From the NCBI GenBank assembly GCA_042218075.1, contig JBDGRK010000005.1:36716-100715 (forward strand): a stretch of 64,000 nucleotides of DNA. Reading direction: 5' to 3'. Positions 47,423 to 57,797 of this stretch are shown in pieces. Position numbers and translations under genes: made by a program. The stretch comes from Candidatus Nanohaloarchaea archaeon. Lineage in GTDB: Archaea; Nanohalarchaeota; Nanosalinia; Nanosalinales; Nanosalinaceae. The notes under the pieces were generated by a model. The model did no database searches. It was given only the letters and a program-made list of their open reading frames with translations, and was not told the origin of the DNA. Position 1 is the stretch's first letter. Each line of letters starts with the position of its first letter.

Positions 47423-48559
47423 TCAGTCAGCAACTTTTTCAACTTCCTCTGCTATCTCCATCGCGAGTTCACGATCAAGTGTTTCCGGCACAATCCTGTC
47501 TCTTTCTGGCTCGATAAAATCCCTTATAGCCTCTGAAGCGGCTTTTTTCATCTCCTGGTTTATCTCGGAGGCTCGTGCATCAAGCGCGCCCCTGAAGACT
47601 CCCGGGAAGGCAAGCGAATTATTGACCTGGTTGTCGAAATCGGATCTACCTGTAGCTGTGATAAATGCTCCAGCCTCTTTGGCTTCCCCGGGTTCGATCT
47701 CGGGTTCGGGATTTGCCAGCGCAAATACTATCGGCTTATCACTCATCGACTCCACCATCTCCTTTGAGACTATCCCGGGAGCAGAAAGTCCTATGAAAAC
47801 GTCCGCACCTTCCATCACATCCTCTAGACTTCCGAACTCCTCGGAGACAAGGGTTTTCTCAGCGAGCTCTGCCTTGTATCGGTTTTCGTCATTTGTTCTC
47901 AGAATGCCGGAAGAGTCGAGCGGAACTATCTTTTCAGCTCCTGCCTCCAGGAGAAACTCTGCAACAGCGATACCTGAAGCACCGGCACCGGAAATCACAA
48001 TCCTGGAATCCTCCAGCCTTTTCCCACCAAGCTCTAGGGCGTTTTCCAGAGCAGCGAGAACAACTATAGCGGTGCCGTGCTGGTCGTCGTGGAAAACCGG
48101 TATGTCCAGCCTCTGCTTGAGCTCTCTCTCAACCTCAAAGCATTCCGGAGCCTCAATATCCTCAAGATTGATCGCACCAAACGTAGGTGCTTCTCTCTCC
48201 ACATGCTCTACAATCTCTTCGACGGAGTCCGCATTTATGCAGATAGGGAATCCGTCCACGCCACCGAACTTCTTCATCAGGTTGGCCTTTCCCTCCATCA
48301 CCGGCATCGCCGCCTCCGGCCCTATATCGCCCAGTCCCAGAACCGCAGAGCCGTTCGAAACTACTGCCACAAGATTATCCTTTGAAGTGTATTCGTAGAC
48401 CTTTTCCTCATCTTCATCTATCTGCCTGCAGGGTTCCGCCACACCAGGAGTGTATACAAGGTCAAGGTCTTCCAAACTCTCGACATCTACAGAACACTCA
48501 ACGGAAAGCTTGCCCGGATTCTCGGAGTGGAGTTCAAGAGCCTCCTGTCTATCTACCAT
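47423..48559 (-). CDS. NAD(P)-dependent malic enzyme
   Basis: VYTPGVA, PVMEGKA, INLEDI, FHDDQHGTA, GAGASG, ANPEPEI, ATGRSDF..QVNN. Confidence 0.95.
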   Translation of the reverse strand: MVDRQEALELHSENPGKLSVECSVDVESLEDLDLVYTPGVAEPCRQIDEDEEKVYEYTSKDNLVAVVSNGSAVLGLGDIGPEAAMPVMEGKANLMKKFGGVDGFPICINADSVEEIVEHVEREAPTFGAINLEDIEAPECFEVERELKQRLDIPVFHDDQHGTAIVVLAALENALELGGKRLEDSRIVISGAGASGIAVAEFLLEAGAEKIVPLDSSGILRTNDENRYKAELAEKTLVSEEFGSLEDVMEGADVFIGLSAPGIVSKEMVESMSDKPIVFALANPEPEIEPGEAKEAGAFITATGRSDFDNQVNNSLAFPGVFRGALDARASEINQEMKKAASEAIRDFIEPERDRIVPETLDRELAMEIAEEVEKVAD

Positions 48560-48601
48560 AACCTCTATAGAAATTTCAGCTTCAAAAGAGCTGGGAAGAG
48601 G

Positions 48602-49015
48602 TCAGAAATTAGGTTCAAATTCTTCGAGATAACCAGGTTTCCCATCTTCCTCAATAAATTCTTCCACATAATCCACCAGATCCTTGCCCCTGATATTTTT
48701 CTCCAAGTCCAGCATCCTTTGAAGATACCTGCTCAAGCTCAACACATCTTTTCTGTCGTACGCCTGGTTACTTTCCCCTCTTTTAACCAAAAGCTCTGAT
48801 CTAACGTATTCGATCAGATCATCCCTTCCCCTTCCCTGATCAAGATTCTCAGAGAATTCAGGATAGAACATGTTGACTGAAACTGAGTTATCAACCTTTC
48901 TCTCATGAAAATCAACCTCAGAACCGCCTTTCAAAGCCTGCATAGCTTCAGGTATTGAGCTATCTGGATTACTTTCTTCCTTTAGTTCACCCAAATTCCC
49001 AAACACGATAAACAC
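48602..49015 (-). CDS. Hypothetical protein
   Basis: 137 aa acidic ORF. Confidence 0.55.
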   Translation of the reverse strand: MFIVFGNLGELKEESNPDSSIPEAMQALKGGSEVDFHERKVDNSVSVNMFYPEFSENLDQGRGRDDLIEYVRSELLVKRGESNQAYDRKDVLSLSRYLQRMLDLEKNIRGKDLVDYVEEFIEEDGKPGYLEEFEPNF

Positions 49016-49053
49016 AATCTAACCAAGAGATTTAAACCAGTACGATCGAAGTC

Positions 49054-49305
49054 TCACTTCCTGAACTCGTACTCCACCTCATCGCAGAAAACCTTCACAC
49101 AGTCATCCTGAAAGCTTACACTCTCAAAGCTCCCGGTACTGAAAGAGTGAAGAGGCATAGAAGCCTCAACTTCACCTTCCCTCGTAACTTTGAAACTCGA
49201 GGAACCTCCATCAAACTCTATCACATCCTCTTCCTGCGAAACTTTTCTCTCACCGAAATGCTCCCTGAACCTTTCAACCAGTTCTTTCCAGTCCTCGGAA
49301 TTCAT
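49054..49305 (-). CDS. Small hypothetical protein
   Basis: Acidic beta-rich ORF with MPLH motif; SD GAGGT before ATG 49305. Confidence 0.65.
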   Translation of the reverse strand: MNSEDWKELVERFREHFGERKVSQEEDVIEFDGGSSSFKVTREGEVEASMPLHSFSTGSFESVSFQDDCVKVFCDEVEYEFRK

Positions 49306-49563
49306 GATAACCTCATACAACTGAATTGTATTTCAAATCCTAATAATTCAGCTGGTTTTGAAAACTAGATCTCCTATTAACAAGATAACTGAAATTTATA
49401 GCTTATTCACAGGTATACTCAGTTTTTGACTACATTAAATTCCCAAACATGATATTGAATGAAACTATAAACCACGAATAAATCCTTTATATAGGGAATA
49501 ACAATCCATGTGTGTAAGGATTATAAGAATTAAATTCCCCAGCTATAATCCAGGGTCAATAAG

Positions 49564-49806
49564 ATGCCAGAAACCAAAGTAACCTTCGAAAAAGATGCCA
49601 TAGAAGGCGTATTAGAAGTATTTGACAAGGAAGTGGATGAAGATGGTTACATTGTTGAATCAGAAAGCGGAGAACGAATCTTGGATAGAGAAGGAGAGAA
49701 TATCAAAAAAGATGAACTGGGGGGCGTAAAAAAAGGATCCGAAATATTCTTGAATGACAACTTTTCCTCCCTAGTAGATTTCGTAAAACGGCATACTAGG
49801 AGGTAA
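49564..49806 (+). CDS. Small hypothetical protein
   Basis: 80 aa acidic ORF; its end carries SD GGAGGT for the next gene. Confidence 0.7.
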   Translation: MPETKVTFEKDAIEGVLEVFDKEVDEDGYIVESESGERILDREGENIKKDELGGVKKGSEIFLNDNFSSLVDFVKRHTRR

Positions 49807-49810
49807 AAGT

Positions 49811-50686
49811 TTGCTAGAGAAGCTGAAAAACCTGGTTCAAGCAGACCTGAATATTGATTTGATTAGTAATGTAGGTAATACTGAGGAAAACCACATACAT
49901 ATTCATTCAGACGATACTAAAGGTTCCGAATCTGTATCAGTAAATAGGGAAGAAGGTAGGCTTGATGTAAATATAGCTGAACTAGATGAGGAACAGAAGA
50001 AAGAACTTTTCCAGAAAATACTGCCAGAGGAATTTGAAGAGGGAAGAGTAAAGGAATTCTATAGGACAGATGTACATCAGGATATAGAAACTATTGAAGA
50101 GAACCAAGATGACGAGGATATCGCAGATATAGTAGACTATTTCGGAGGTCTAATATCGGAAAGACATCTCGATATTCTGGAAGATGCACTTTTCCTAAGA
50201 GAGATTTGGAGGGATGGAAGACCTATAGATGAGAAGAAGAGAGATTTGAGGCAGGAATATGGGAAAGAGGGAGTAACTATCGTCAATTTCTGTACAGCTG
50301 AATATTTCGATCAAGGAGGATATTTAAGAGAATTACATAAAAAGATGAGAAGTTCCGATGAATATACTGAAGGAGATTATAGAGAGGAGTTTGAAGAAAT
50401 AGTCCGTAACGCTCCTTTCTCCGTATTCGTATCCTATGGCGATAATGAAGAAGATATCAAGGATGAAGTCAAGCAGAAACTACAGAGATATCAAAAATAC
50501 GGGGTAGATATAGAATTTGTAGATGTTCGAGGCATAGGAGGAAGAAATATACATACAATAGAGCAGGTTATAGAAGCACTGGAAGAAGAAACAGATAATT
50601 TAGAATATAGAAGAAATACAAGAAGTGACGGAGAACTTAGAATAAGAATTGATACCGACAGTGTGGAAGGTCTGACACCACTTTAA
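49811..50686 (+). CDS. Hypothetical protein
   Basis: 291 aa acidic ORF, TTG start after GGAGGT. Confidence 0.7.
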   Translation: MLEKLKNLVQADLNIDLISNVGNTEENHIHIHSDDTKGSESVSVNREEGRLDVNIAELDEEQKKELFQKILPEEFEEGRVKEFYRTDVHQDIETIEENQDDEDIADIVDYFGGLISERHLDILEDALFLREIWRDGRPIDEKKRDLRQEYGKEGVTIVNFCTAEYFDQGGYLRELHKKMRSSDEYTEGDYREEFEEIVRNAPFSVFVSYGDNEEDIKDEVKQKLQRYQKYGVDIEFVDVRGIGGRNIHTIEQVIEALEEETDNLEYRRNTRSDGELRIRIDTDSVEGLTPL

Positions 50687-50739
50687 GAAAATCAAACTCT
50701 TTATTTTCCTAACTCATAACTCCAGTTCGAACATCTAAC

Positions 50740-52776
50740 CTATTCTATCTCCATCGCTATATCGGTAATGTAGAGCTCTCCATCCCTCAGCATCGCGGGA
50801 TTGAGGTCGATCTCCTGAATCTCTTCGTGGTTGAGCGCCATCTCGCCGAGCCTGATGATCGCATCCTTCACCGGCTCGAGATTGTGATGCTCTCCCCTCA
50901 CACCTTCAAACATTTCATGGGATTCAAGCTCGTCTATCATGATCTCCGCCTCCTCCTCTGAGATTGGAGCGATACCAAACGAGACATCGTTCAAAACTTC
51001 TATGTAGATGCCACCGAGTCCAACCATAACCATGGGGCCGAACTGTGGATCCCTCTTCACGCCTAGAGCCACCTCAATTCCATCAAGCTGCTCCTGGAGC
51101 TGGACGCCTTTTATCTCAGATCCTGGAGCATTCCGATGCACATTTTCCACAATCTCTTGGAACGCCTGCATCACTTCTTCCCTGGTCTCAACTCCTGTCT
51201 CAACCGCTCCCAGATCAGTCTTGTGCTTTATATCCGGGGAATCGATCTTCATGACAAGAGGATACCCGATATTCGGTGCAGCCTCTGTCGCGTCTCTCGG
51301 GGCTTCCGCAACCTCCGTCAGCGCAACGCTGAAGCCGTAATAGGCAAAAAGATCCTCCTTGTCCTCAAAGTTCTCAAACTTCTCCAGAGCCTCTTCAGCT
51401 TTCTCCCTATCAAACTCGAGATCCCTGTAGCTCTCATCTCTGTCAAGAAACTCGCCGTAGCTTTTCATCGCCTCAAGCGTCGAGACCGCATCCATAGGAT
51501 CCTTGAACTCAGGAACGTGATTCTCCTCAAGTATCTCGATGCCCGACTCCACGTCCTCCTCCCCCATGAAACAGGCGAATACAGGTTTGCTTGATTCCTC
51601 TGAGATATTTGAAATCGTCTTCGCCGTCTTGTCGATCTCCGTGTTCGCCTGCGGGGTCAGAAGGACAATGATTGCGTCCACATTCTCATCCTCAACCACT
51701 GCTTCAAGCGCATTCTTGTAGCGCTCGTGTCCCGCGTCCCCGATCACATCCAGAGGATTGTGAGCGGAGGCCTCATCCGGCAGGGATTCCCCCAGCCGAT
51801 CCCTGGTTTCCGGGGAAAACTCAGCCAGCTCCAGTCCATGCTCGGATATCTCGTCGGTTGTTATCACGCCAGGACCTCCAGCGTTCGTGACCACCGCGAT
51901 GCTATCTCCTTCAGGGAGAGGCTGGTAGTTGAAGGCCCTCCCGAAGTCGAGCAGCTCCCGGTTGGACTCCGCCTCGATTATTCCTGACTTCCGGAAAGCT
52001 GCCTTATAAGCCTCGTAGCTCCCTGCGATCGATCCAGTGTGAGAGGATGCTGCGTCACCCCCCTGGTCGGTCCTCCCCGACTTTACCATCACGATCGGCT
52101 TTTGCTCCGAGGTCTTCTTCGCCTCTTCTATGAACTCCCTGCCGTTCTCTATTCCTTCCGTGTATGAAAGTATAGTTTCTGTTTCATCCTCCCTCCACTT
52201 CCTCAGGAAGTCAACCTCGTCCAGCATCGACTTGTTTCCAAGGGAGACGAAATGCCTGAATCCTATGTGCTCCGCCTTCGCGTAATCGAGAATCGCGGTG
52301 CAGAACGCACCGGACTGGCTCATAAAGCTAATTTCGCCCTCCTCAGGCATCTTGGAGGCAAAGGAGGCGTTCATGGAGTTCTCAGTGTTGATCAATCCCA
52401 GGACGTTCGGTCCAAGCAGATCGATGCCGTGGTCCTCCGCCTTCTGCAGAAGCTGCTGCTCAAGCTCCTCGCCGCCGGACTCGGAAAAGCCAGCAGAAAC
52501 AACAATCGCTGCCTCCACTCCCTTCTCTCCACAATCCTCAATCACTGATGGAACGATCTTCGCCGGAACAGCTATAACCGCCATATCCGCGTCTTCCGGG
52601 ACTTCATCTTCGCATTCGACTCCATGTATCTCATTTGCCTTTGGATTCACCGGAACTACATCTCCCTCAAACTCGTGGAGAAGATTGTCAAAGATTTCAT
52701 GGCCGGTCTTCCCCTCCTGCCTCGAAGCTCCGACCACCGCCACAGTTTCCGGCAGAAACAGCTTTTCCAGTTTCAC
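50740..52776 (-). CDS. acdAB: ADP-forming acetyl-CoA synthetase (fused alpha/beta)
   Basis: VAVVGAS, LGPNVLG, SQSGA, SHTGSIAG, TNAGGPG, ATP-grasp KIDSPDIKHKTD, DLNP. Confidence 0.94.
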   Translation of the reverse strand: MKLEKLFLPETVAVVGASRQEGKTGHEIFDNLLHEFEGDVVPVNPKANEIHGVECEDEVPEDADMAVIAVPAKIVPSVIEDCGEKGVEAAIVVSAGFSESGGEELEQQLLQKAEDHGIDLLGPNVLGLINTENSMNASFASKMPEEGEISFMSQSGAFCTAILDYAKAEHIGFRHFVSLGNKSMLDEVDFLRKWREDETETILSYTEGIENGREFIEEAKKTSEQKPIVMVKSGRTDQGGDAASSHTGSIAGSYEAYKAAFRKSGIIEAESNRELLDFGRAFNYQPLPEGDSIAVVTNAGGPGVITTDEISEHGLELAEFSPETRDRLGESLPDEASAHNPLDVIGDAGHERYKNALEAVVEDENVDAIIVLLTPQANTEIDKTAKTISNISEESSKPVFACFMGEEDVESGIEILEENHVPEFKDPMDAVSTLEAMKSYGEFLDRDESYRDLEFDREKAEEALEKFENFEDKEDLFAYYGFSVALTEVAEAPRDATEAAPNIGYPLVMKIDSPDIKHKTDLGAVETGVETREEVMQAFQEIVENVHRNAPGSEIKGVQLQEQLDGIEVALGVKRDPQFGPMVMVGLGGIYIEVLNDVSFGIAPISEEEAEIMIDELESHEMFEGVRGEHHNLEPVKDAIIRLGEMALNHEEIQEIDLNPAMLRDGELYITDIAMEIE

Positions 52777-52873
52777 AACTCAGAATTGTCGATATCCGTT
52801 ATTTAGGTTGTTGAGTTCACCGGAAGGTCGCAAACCACCTTTTTTATTCGAGTCTGGTCGATTCTCAAACATA

Positions 52874-53929
52874 ATGTCCAGGGAACAGGTATTCTCCACG
52901 GAGATAGAAAAGATCGAGGTCATGGACTCGGACGAGGAACTGGAACTCGAGGAAGAAGAGATGAAAGAACTCTACAGGAACATGATGGTGGCGAGAAAGT
53001 TCGACGAGAAAGCTTTCTCACTCCAGAGAAGGGGCGAGATTTCCACCTACGCGCCCCACAAGGGGCAGGAAGCTGCCCAAATAGGAGCGATGTTCGCTCT
53101 CGGAGACGAAGACTGGATGACCCCCTCTTTCAGGGAGACCGCCGCCTTCATAATGAGAGGAGCACCCCTAGAAAAGATATTCAGGAGGTGGATGGGTGAC
53201 GCGAACGGCCAGAAAGGTCTTTCCGAGCTGTATACTCTTCCTGTCGCAATACCGGTCGGAACCCAGAACCTCCACACAGCGGGAATAGGAATGGCGATGG
53301 AGTTTGAAGACGATGATAAGGCGGTACTTGGATTCACAGGTGACGGAAGCACCAGCCAGGGAGACTTCCACGAGGCGCTCAACTTCTCGGGGGTCTATGA
53401 TGCACATTCCATCTTCCTCGTGCAGAACAACCAGTACGCGATATCGATGCCTGTTGAGAGACAGACCAACTCGGAGACGCTGGCACAGAAGGCCATCGCC
53501 TACGGGATCGAGGGAGTCCAGGTGGATGGAAACGATATACTTGCGGTGATCAAGGCGGTTAGGGAAGCTCTTGAGAAAGCGAGAAACGGAAATCCAGTTC
53601 TGATCGAGGCCCTGACCTACAGGCTTGAAGACCACACGACCTCGGACGACTCGACACGCTACCGGGATGAAGAAGAGGTGGAGGAGTGGAAGAAACACGA
53701 TCCAATAGAACGGTTTAGAGAATACCTGAAGCAGAAAGACATCTGGAGCGAAGAACTGGAAAAATTCGAAGAGGAAGCCGAAGAAAAAGTTGACGAAGCC
53801 GCCCAAGAGGCTATTGAATCGGAAGACCCCGGCTTCGACGAGTTATTCGACTACGTCTACGACGAAATGCCGGATCTGCTGGAAAAAGAGAAAGAACATT
53901 TCAGGAAGGAACTGGAGGTTGATTCGTAA
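52874..53929 (+). CDS. pdhA: Pyruvate/2-oxoacid dehydrogenase E1 alpha
   Basis: GQEAAQ, GDGSTSQGDFHEALN...NN TPP motif, HTTSDD; true start MSREQ at 52874. Confidence 0.94.
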   Translation: MSREQVFSTEIEKIEVMDSDEELELEEEEMKELYRNMMVARKFDEKAFSLQRRGEISTYAPHKGQEAAQIGAMFALGDEDWMTPSFRETAAFIMRGAPLEKIFRRWMGDANGQKGLSELYTLPVAIPVGTQNLHTAGIGMAMEFEDDDKAVLGFTGDGSTSQGDFHEALNFSGVYDAHSIFLVQNNQYAISMPVERQTNSETLAQKAIAYGIEGVQVDGNDILAVIKAVREALEKARNGNPVLIEALTYRLEDHTTSDDSTRYRDEEEVEEWKKHDPIERFREYLKQKDIWSEELEKFEEEAEEKVDEAAQEAIESEDPGFDELFDYVYDEMPDLLEKEKEHFRKELEVDS

Positions 53930-54939
53930 TGGCGCCTACCGGAGCCTCAGATGGTGATGGAACTTCCAGAAGTTCCGAAGAGATGAACATAGTTGAAGCG
54001 GTCAACGCGGCGCTCCACGACGAGATGGAGGAAGATGAAAAAGTGATAGCCTATGGAGAGGACGTTGGAGAGGATGGAGGAGTTTTCCGGGCGACGGAAG
54101 GACTTCAGGAGGAGTTCGGTGAGAAAAGGTGTTTCTCGAGTCCTCTGGCGGAGTCGGGAATTGCCGGGACAGCAATAGGAATGAGCATCTACGGTTTTCG
54201 TCCGGTGGTGGAGATGCAGTTCTCAGGCTTTTCCTATCTCGCTTTCTACCAGATCAAGGAACACGCTTCAAGGATGAGAATCAGGAGCAGGGGCGATTAC
54301 GAAGTTCCGATGACTGTTAGAGCTCCGTACGGAGGAGGTATAAACGCCCTCGAGCACCACCAGGAATCTCCTGAGGCTTACTTCGCTCACGCTGAAGGTC
54401 TTCACGTCGTGATTCCCAGCAACCCCCAGGATACCTACTCTCTTCTCAGAAAATCGATCCAGATGGATGATCCCGTGGTATTCCTTGAGCCCAAGAAGAT
54501 TTACAGGGCATTCTCAGAGGAAGTCGACCGTGAGAAAGAAGTCGAGCTGGAAGAAGCGAAAGTAGTTGAAGAGGGAGAAGAAGTTACCCTGATCTCCTGG
54601 GGAGCTATGATCCCGGTTGCGGAAGACGCAGCAGACAAGGTAGATGCTGACGTGGAGATCATCGACCTGAGAACCATATATCCCACAGACTTCGATACAG
54701 TGCATGAATCGGTCAGGAAAACAGGGCGAGCTATGGTGTTGCATGAAGCGCCAAGAAGCGCTGGTTTTGGAGCTGAAGTGGCTTCAAGGATACAGGAGGA
54801 AGACATACTCAAGATGGAGGCGCCGGTGGAGAGAGTCACTGGACCGGATGTTCCCTACCCCCTGTACACTCTGGAAGACTACTACATGCCTAACAAGAAG
54901 AGAGCCGTAAAAGGACTTGAAAGAGTTCTGGAATTCTAG
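53929..54939 (+). CDS. pdhB: Pyruvate/2-oxoacid dehydrogenase E1 beta
   Basis: GEDVGEDGGVFRATEGL, PLAESGI, EHHQES. Confidence 0.95.
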   Translation: MAPTGASDGDGTSRSSEEMNIVEAVNAALHDEMEEDEKVIAYGEDVGEDGGVFRATEGLQEEFGEKRCFSSPLAESGIAGTAIGMSIYGFRPVVEMQFSGFSYLAFYQIKEHASRMRIRSRGDYEVPMTVRAPYGGGINALEHHQESPEAYFAHAEGLHVVIPSNPQDTYSLLRKSIQMDDPVVFLEPKKIYRAFSEEVDREKEVELEEAKVVEEGEEVTLISWGAMIPVAEDAADKVDADVEIIDLRTIYPTDFDTVHESVRKTGRAMVLHEAPRSAGFGAEVASRIQEEDILKMEAPVERVTGPDVPYPLYTLEDYYMPNKKRAVKGLERVLEF

Positions 54940-56355
54940 GTGATCGAGATCAAGTTCAAGTTTCCCGACACAGGTGAAGGAGTTACAGAGGGACAGTTCC
55001 TTGAATGGGAAGTGGATGAAGGAGATGAAGTGGAAGAAGACCAGGTTGTGGGAGAGGCGGAGACCGATAAAGCCGTGGTCGAAATTCCAGCTCCTTCAGA
55101 TGGAACCGTGGATGAACTTCTCGCTGATCCCGGCGACAAGGTGGAAGTCGGAGACGTCATAATGATACTTGATACTGATGGGGGAGAGGAAGGAGATGCC
55201 GGGAAAGAGAAGGAACAGAACGAGGAGCAAAAAAAGCATGAGGAAGGGAAAAGGGAGAGTGAAGGAGGAGATGATGAGGATGTAGATATAGAAAATAGCT
55301 CCGGTGGAGATGTCCTCGCACTACCTAAGGTCAGGAAGCTCGCTCAGGAGAAAGGAGTTCAACTATCGGAGATAAAGACCGGGGAAAGGATAAACGAGGA
55401 AGAAGTGCTGGAAGCCGCGGAGGACGAAGATGCTGGAACTGAAGAGGTTGAAGAAAAAGAAGTTCAGGATTCTGTAAGCGAAGAAGTCAAGGCAACTCCG
55501 GCGGTGAGAAAGCTGGCCAGGGAGAAAGGAGTCGAGATTCAAAGTATAGACGGTTCTGGAAGAGGCGGAAAGATCACCAGGGAAGATGTTCTGGAAGCGT
55601 CGAAGGAGGAAGCTTCGGAAAATTCTGGAGAAGAACATGGAAAAGATAAAGTGGAGATTGAAGGAAAGGAGAAAAGGATAGAACTTTCGAAAGTCAGGAA
55701 AACTGTGGGAGACAGGATGGAGGAATCAAGGTTCACAGCCCCGCATGTGACACATTTTGATACCGCTGACGTCACCGAGCTGGTGGAGCTGAGAGAGGAG
55801 AAGAAGGATGGGGTGGAAGCACACCTTACATACCTGCCTTTCATAATGAAGGCGGTCCAGCTCTCGATGGAGAAGCACCCGAGGATCAACTCTGAGCTGG
55901 ACGAGGAGGATGAAAGCCTGATCATGAAGAACCACTACGACTTCAATATTGCTGTGGATACAGATGAAGGCCTGATGATCCCTCTGATAGAAGAGGTCGA
56001 CGAGAAAAACATAGTGGAGCTGGCGGAGGAGATAGGTGAAAAGGCAGAAAAGGCGAGAGAAAACGAATTATCGCCTGAAGATATGAGAAACGGGACGTTC
56101 TCCATCACCAACCTGGGAGTCATAGGCGGAGAGGAGTTCACACCGATAATCAACTATCCGCAGGCCGCCATACTCGGCGTGGGAAAGATACAGCAGACAG
56201 CGGAAGTGGTAGAGAGAGAGGTACAGCCTCGGAGTACTGTGAAGCTATCTCTCAGTTACGATCACAGGATAATTGACGGCGCAGATGCCACAAGATTCCT
56301 GAACGAAGTCATTCAAAACCTTCAAGACCCGGAAAACATGATACTCGAGCTCTAA
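54940..56355 (+). CDS. pdhC: Dihydrolipoamide acyltransferase E2
   Basis: Lipoyl motif ETDKA, two E3-binding repeats (PKVRKLA, PAVRKLA), DHRIIDG. Confidence 0.95.
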   Translation: MIEIKFKFPDTGEGVTEGQFLEWEVDEGDEVEEDQVVGEAETDKAVVEIPAPSDGTVDELLADPGDKVEVGDVIMILDTDGGEEGDAGKEKEQNEEQKKHEEGKRESEGGDDEDVDIENSSGGDVLALPKVRKLAQEKGVQLSEIKTGERINEEEVLEAAEDEDAGTEEVEEKEVQDSVSEEVKATPAVRKLAREKGVEIQSIDGSGRGGKITREDVLEASKEEASENSGEEHGKDKVEIEGKEKRIELSKVRKTVGDRMEESRFTAPHVTHFDTADVTELVELREEKKDGVEAHLTYLPFIMKAVQLSMEKHPRINSELDEEDESLIMKNHYDFNIAVDTDEGLMIPLIEEVDEKNIVELAEEIGEKAEKARENELSPEDMRNGTFSITNLGVIGGEEFTPIINYPQAAILGVGKIQQTAEVVEREVQPRSTVKLSLSYDHRIIDGADATRFLNEVIQNLQDPENMILEL

Positions 56356-57764
56356 TGGTAGTAGGAGACATAGAGGAGGGAACTGACCTTCTTGTCATCG
56401 GTGCAGGACCTGGAGGTTATACAGCAGCTATAAGAGCTGCACAGAAAGGGCTCGATGTGGTGCTGGTTGACAAGGAGAAAGTCGGAGGTATCTGCCTGAA
56501 CCATGGATGCATCCCCGCAAAGTCACTGATACATGCGGCAAACTTCGAACAGGATATACTGCACTGGAACCAGATAGGGATTCACACAGGGGAGCTTGAA
56601 GTTGACTTCGGAGAGATACAGGAGTGGAAGGACAGTGTTGTCAAGAGGCTTGACAGCGGGATAGAGAGTCTGCTGCAGAAGCACGGTGTGAAGTTCAAGA
56701 AGGGAGAGGCGTTCTTCCAGGACTCGGAGACTGCGAGAATAGAGATGGAGCACAACGCCGAGACTATCAAGTTCGACAATGCGATCATCGCGACAGGTTC
56801 CCAGCCGATAGAGGTTCCCGGACTGGAGTTCGACAAGGAGAGGATTATATCTTCGAGACAGCTGCTGCAGCTTGAGGAGATCCCTGACGAGATAGTGGTG
56901 GTCGGCGGAGGATACATAGGCATGGAGGCGGTCACAAAGTTCTGCAAGTTTGGAGCCACTGTCAAGGTCGTTGAGGCTCTCGACCAGGTTCTGCCCGCAT
57001 TCGACCGGGAACTGGGGGACAATATCCAGGAGGCCAGCGCCTGTTACGACGACGAGATCTACACGAATACGGAGGCGAAGAAAGTGGAGTACGAGGAAGA
57101 TAAGGCGATACTGGTGGCGGATAGAGATGGAGAGGAGGAAAGAATAGAGGGAGATCAGATTCTTGTCGCGGTCGGGAGAACCCCTGAGCCGGGCCTCGAA
57201 TCATTGAATCTTGAGAATACGGGAGTTGAGCTTGAGAATGGTTTCGTCCAGACAGATAAACGGATGAGAACAACTGATGACAGCATATTCGCGATAGGAG
57301 ATGCCGCAGGAGATCCGATGCTCGCTCACAAGGCTTACAGGGAGGGAAAAGTCGCCGCTAATGTAATAGCTGGAGAGAATGATGCGATGGACAACCAGTA
57401 CATTCCTAAGGTCACCTACACCGATCCGGAACTGGCTGTTGTTGGAATGAATCCAGAAGAGGCTGAAGAAAAGTACGATGAGGTTAAGGTCGGGAGGTTT
57501 CCATTCTCTGCGTCTGGCAGAGCGCTCACGACAGAGCAGGAGGACGGTTTTGTAAGGGTGGTTGCCTCGATAGAGGGAGAACTGCTTGGGGTACAGATAG
57601 TGGGTCCAAGAGCCTCCGACATAATAGCCGAGGCCACCCTTGCTCTTGAAATGCAGGCCTACCTCGATGACATCATCAGAACCGTTCACGCCCACCCTAC
57701 TTTCCCTGAGGCACTGGCGGAGGCCTGCGAGGACGCGAAAGGGGAGAGCATACACACCGCGTGA
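56355..57764 (+). CDS. lpdA: Dihydrolipoamide dehydrogenase E3
   Basis: GAGPGGY, GGICLNHGCIP, HAHPTFPE. Confidence 0.96.
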   Translation: MVVGDIEEGTDLLVIGAGPGGYTAAIRAAQKGLDVVLVDKEKVGGICLNHGCIPAKSLIHAANFEQDILHWNQIGIHTGELEVDFGEIQEWKDSVVKRLDSGIESLLQKHGVKFKKGEAFFQDSETARIEMEHNAETIKFDNAIIATGSQPIEVPGLEFDKERIISSRQLLQLEEIPDEIVVVGGGYIGMEAVTKFCKFGATVKVVEALDQVLPAFDRELGDNIQEASACYDDEIYTNTEAKKVEYEEDKAILVADRDGEEERIEGDQILVAVGRTPEPGLESLNLENTGVELENGFVQTDKRMRTTDDSIFAIGDAAGDPMLAHKAYREGKVAANVIAGENDAMDNQYIPKVTYTDPELAVVGMNPEEAEEKYDEVKVGRFPFSASGRALTTEQEDGFVRVVASIEGELLGVQIVGPRASDIIAEATLALEMQAYLDDIIRTVHAHPTFPEALAEACEDAKGESIHTA

Positions 57765-57797
57765 CTATTATTAACAAAGTTCTCGCATTGCAAGACA

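Noticed and set aside
47622-48398. Long antisense or overlapping ORFs (also 13163-13942, 59219-59827, 61554-62348)
   Set aside because: Ser/Phe/Leu- or Arg-rich shadow frames of well-supported genes, lacking the acidic proteome signature.
52298-52873. N-terminal extension of pdhA in the ORF track (543 aa)
   Set aside because: It is antisense shadow of acdAB; E1-alpha homology and the likely start begin at ATG 52874.
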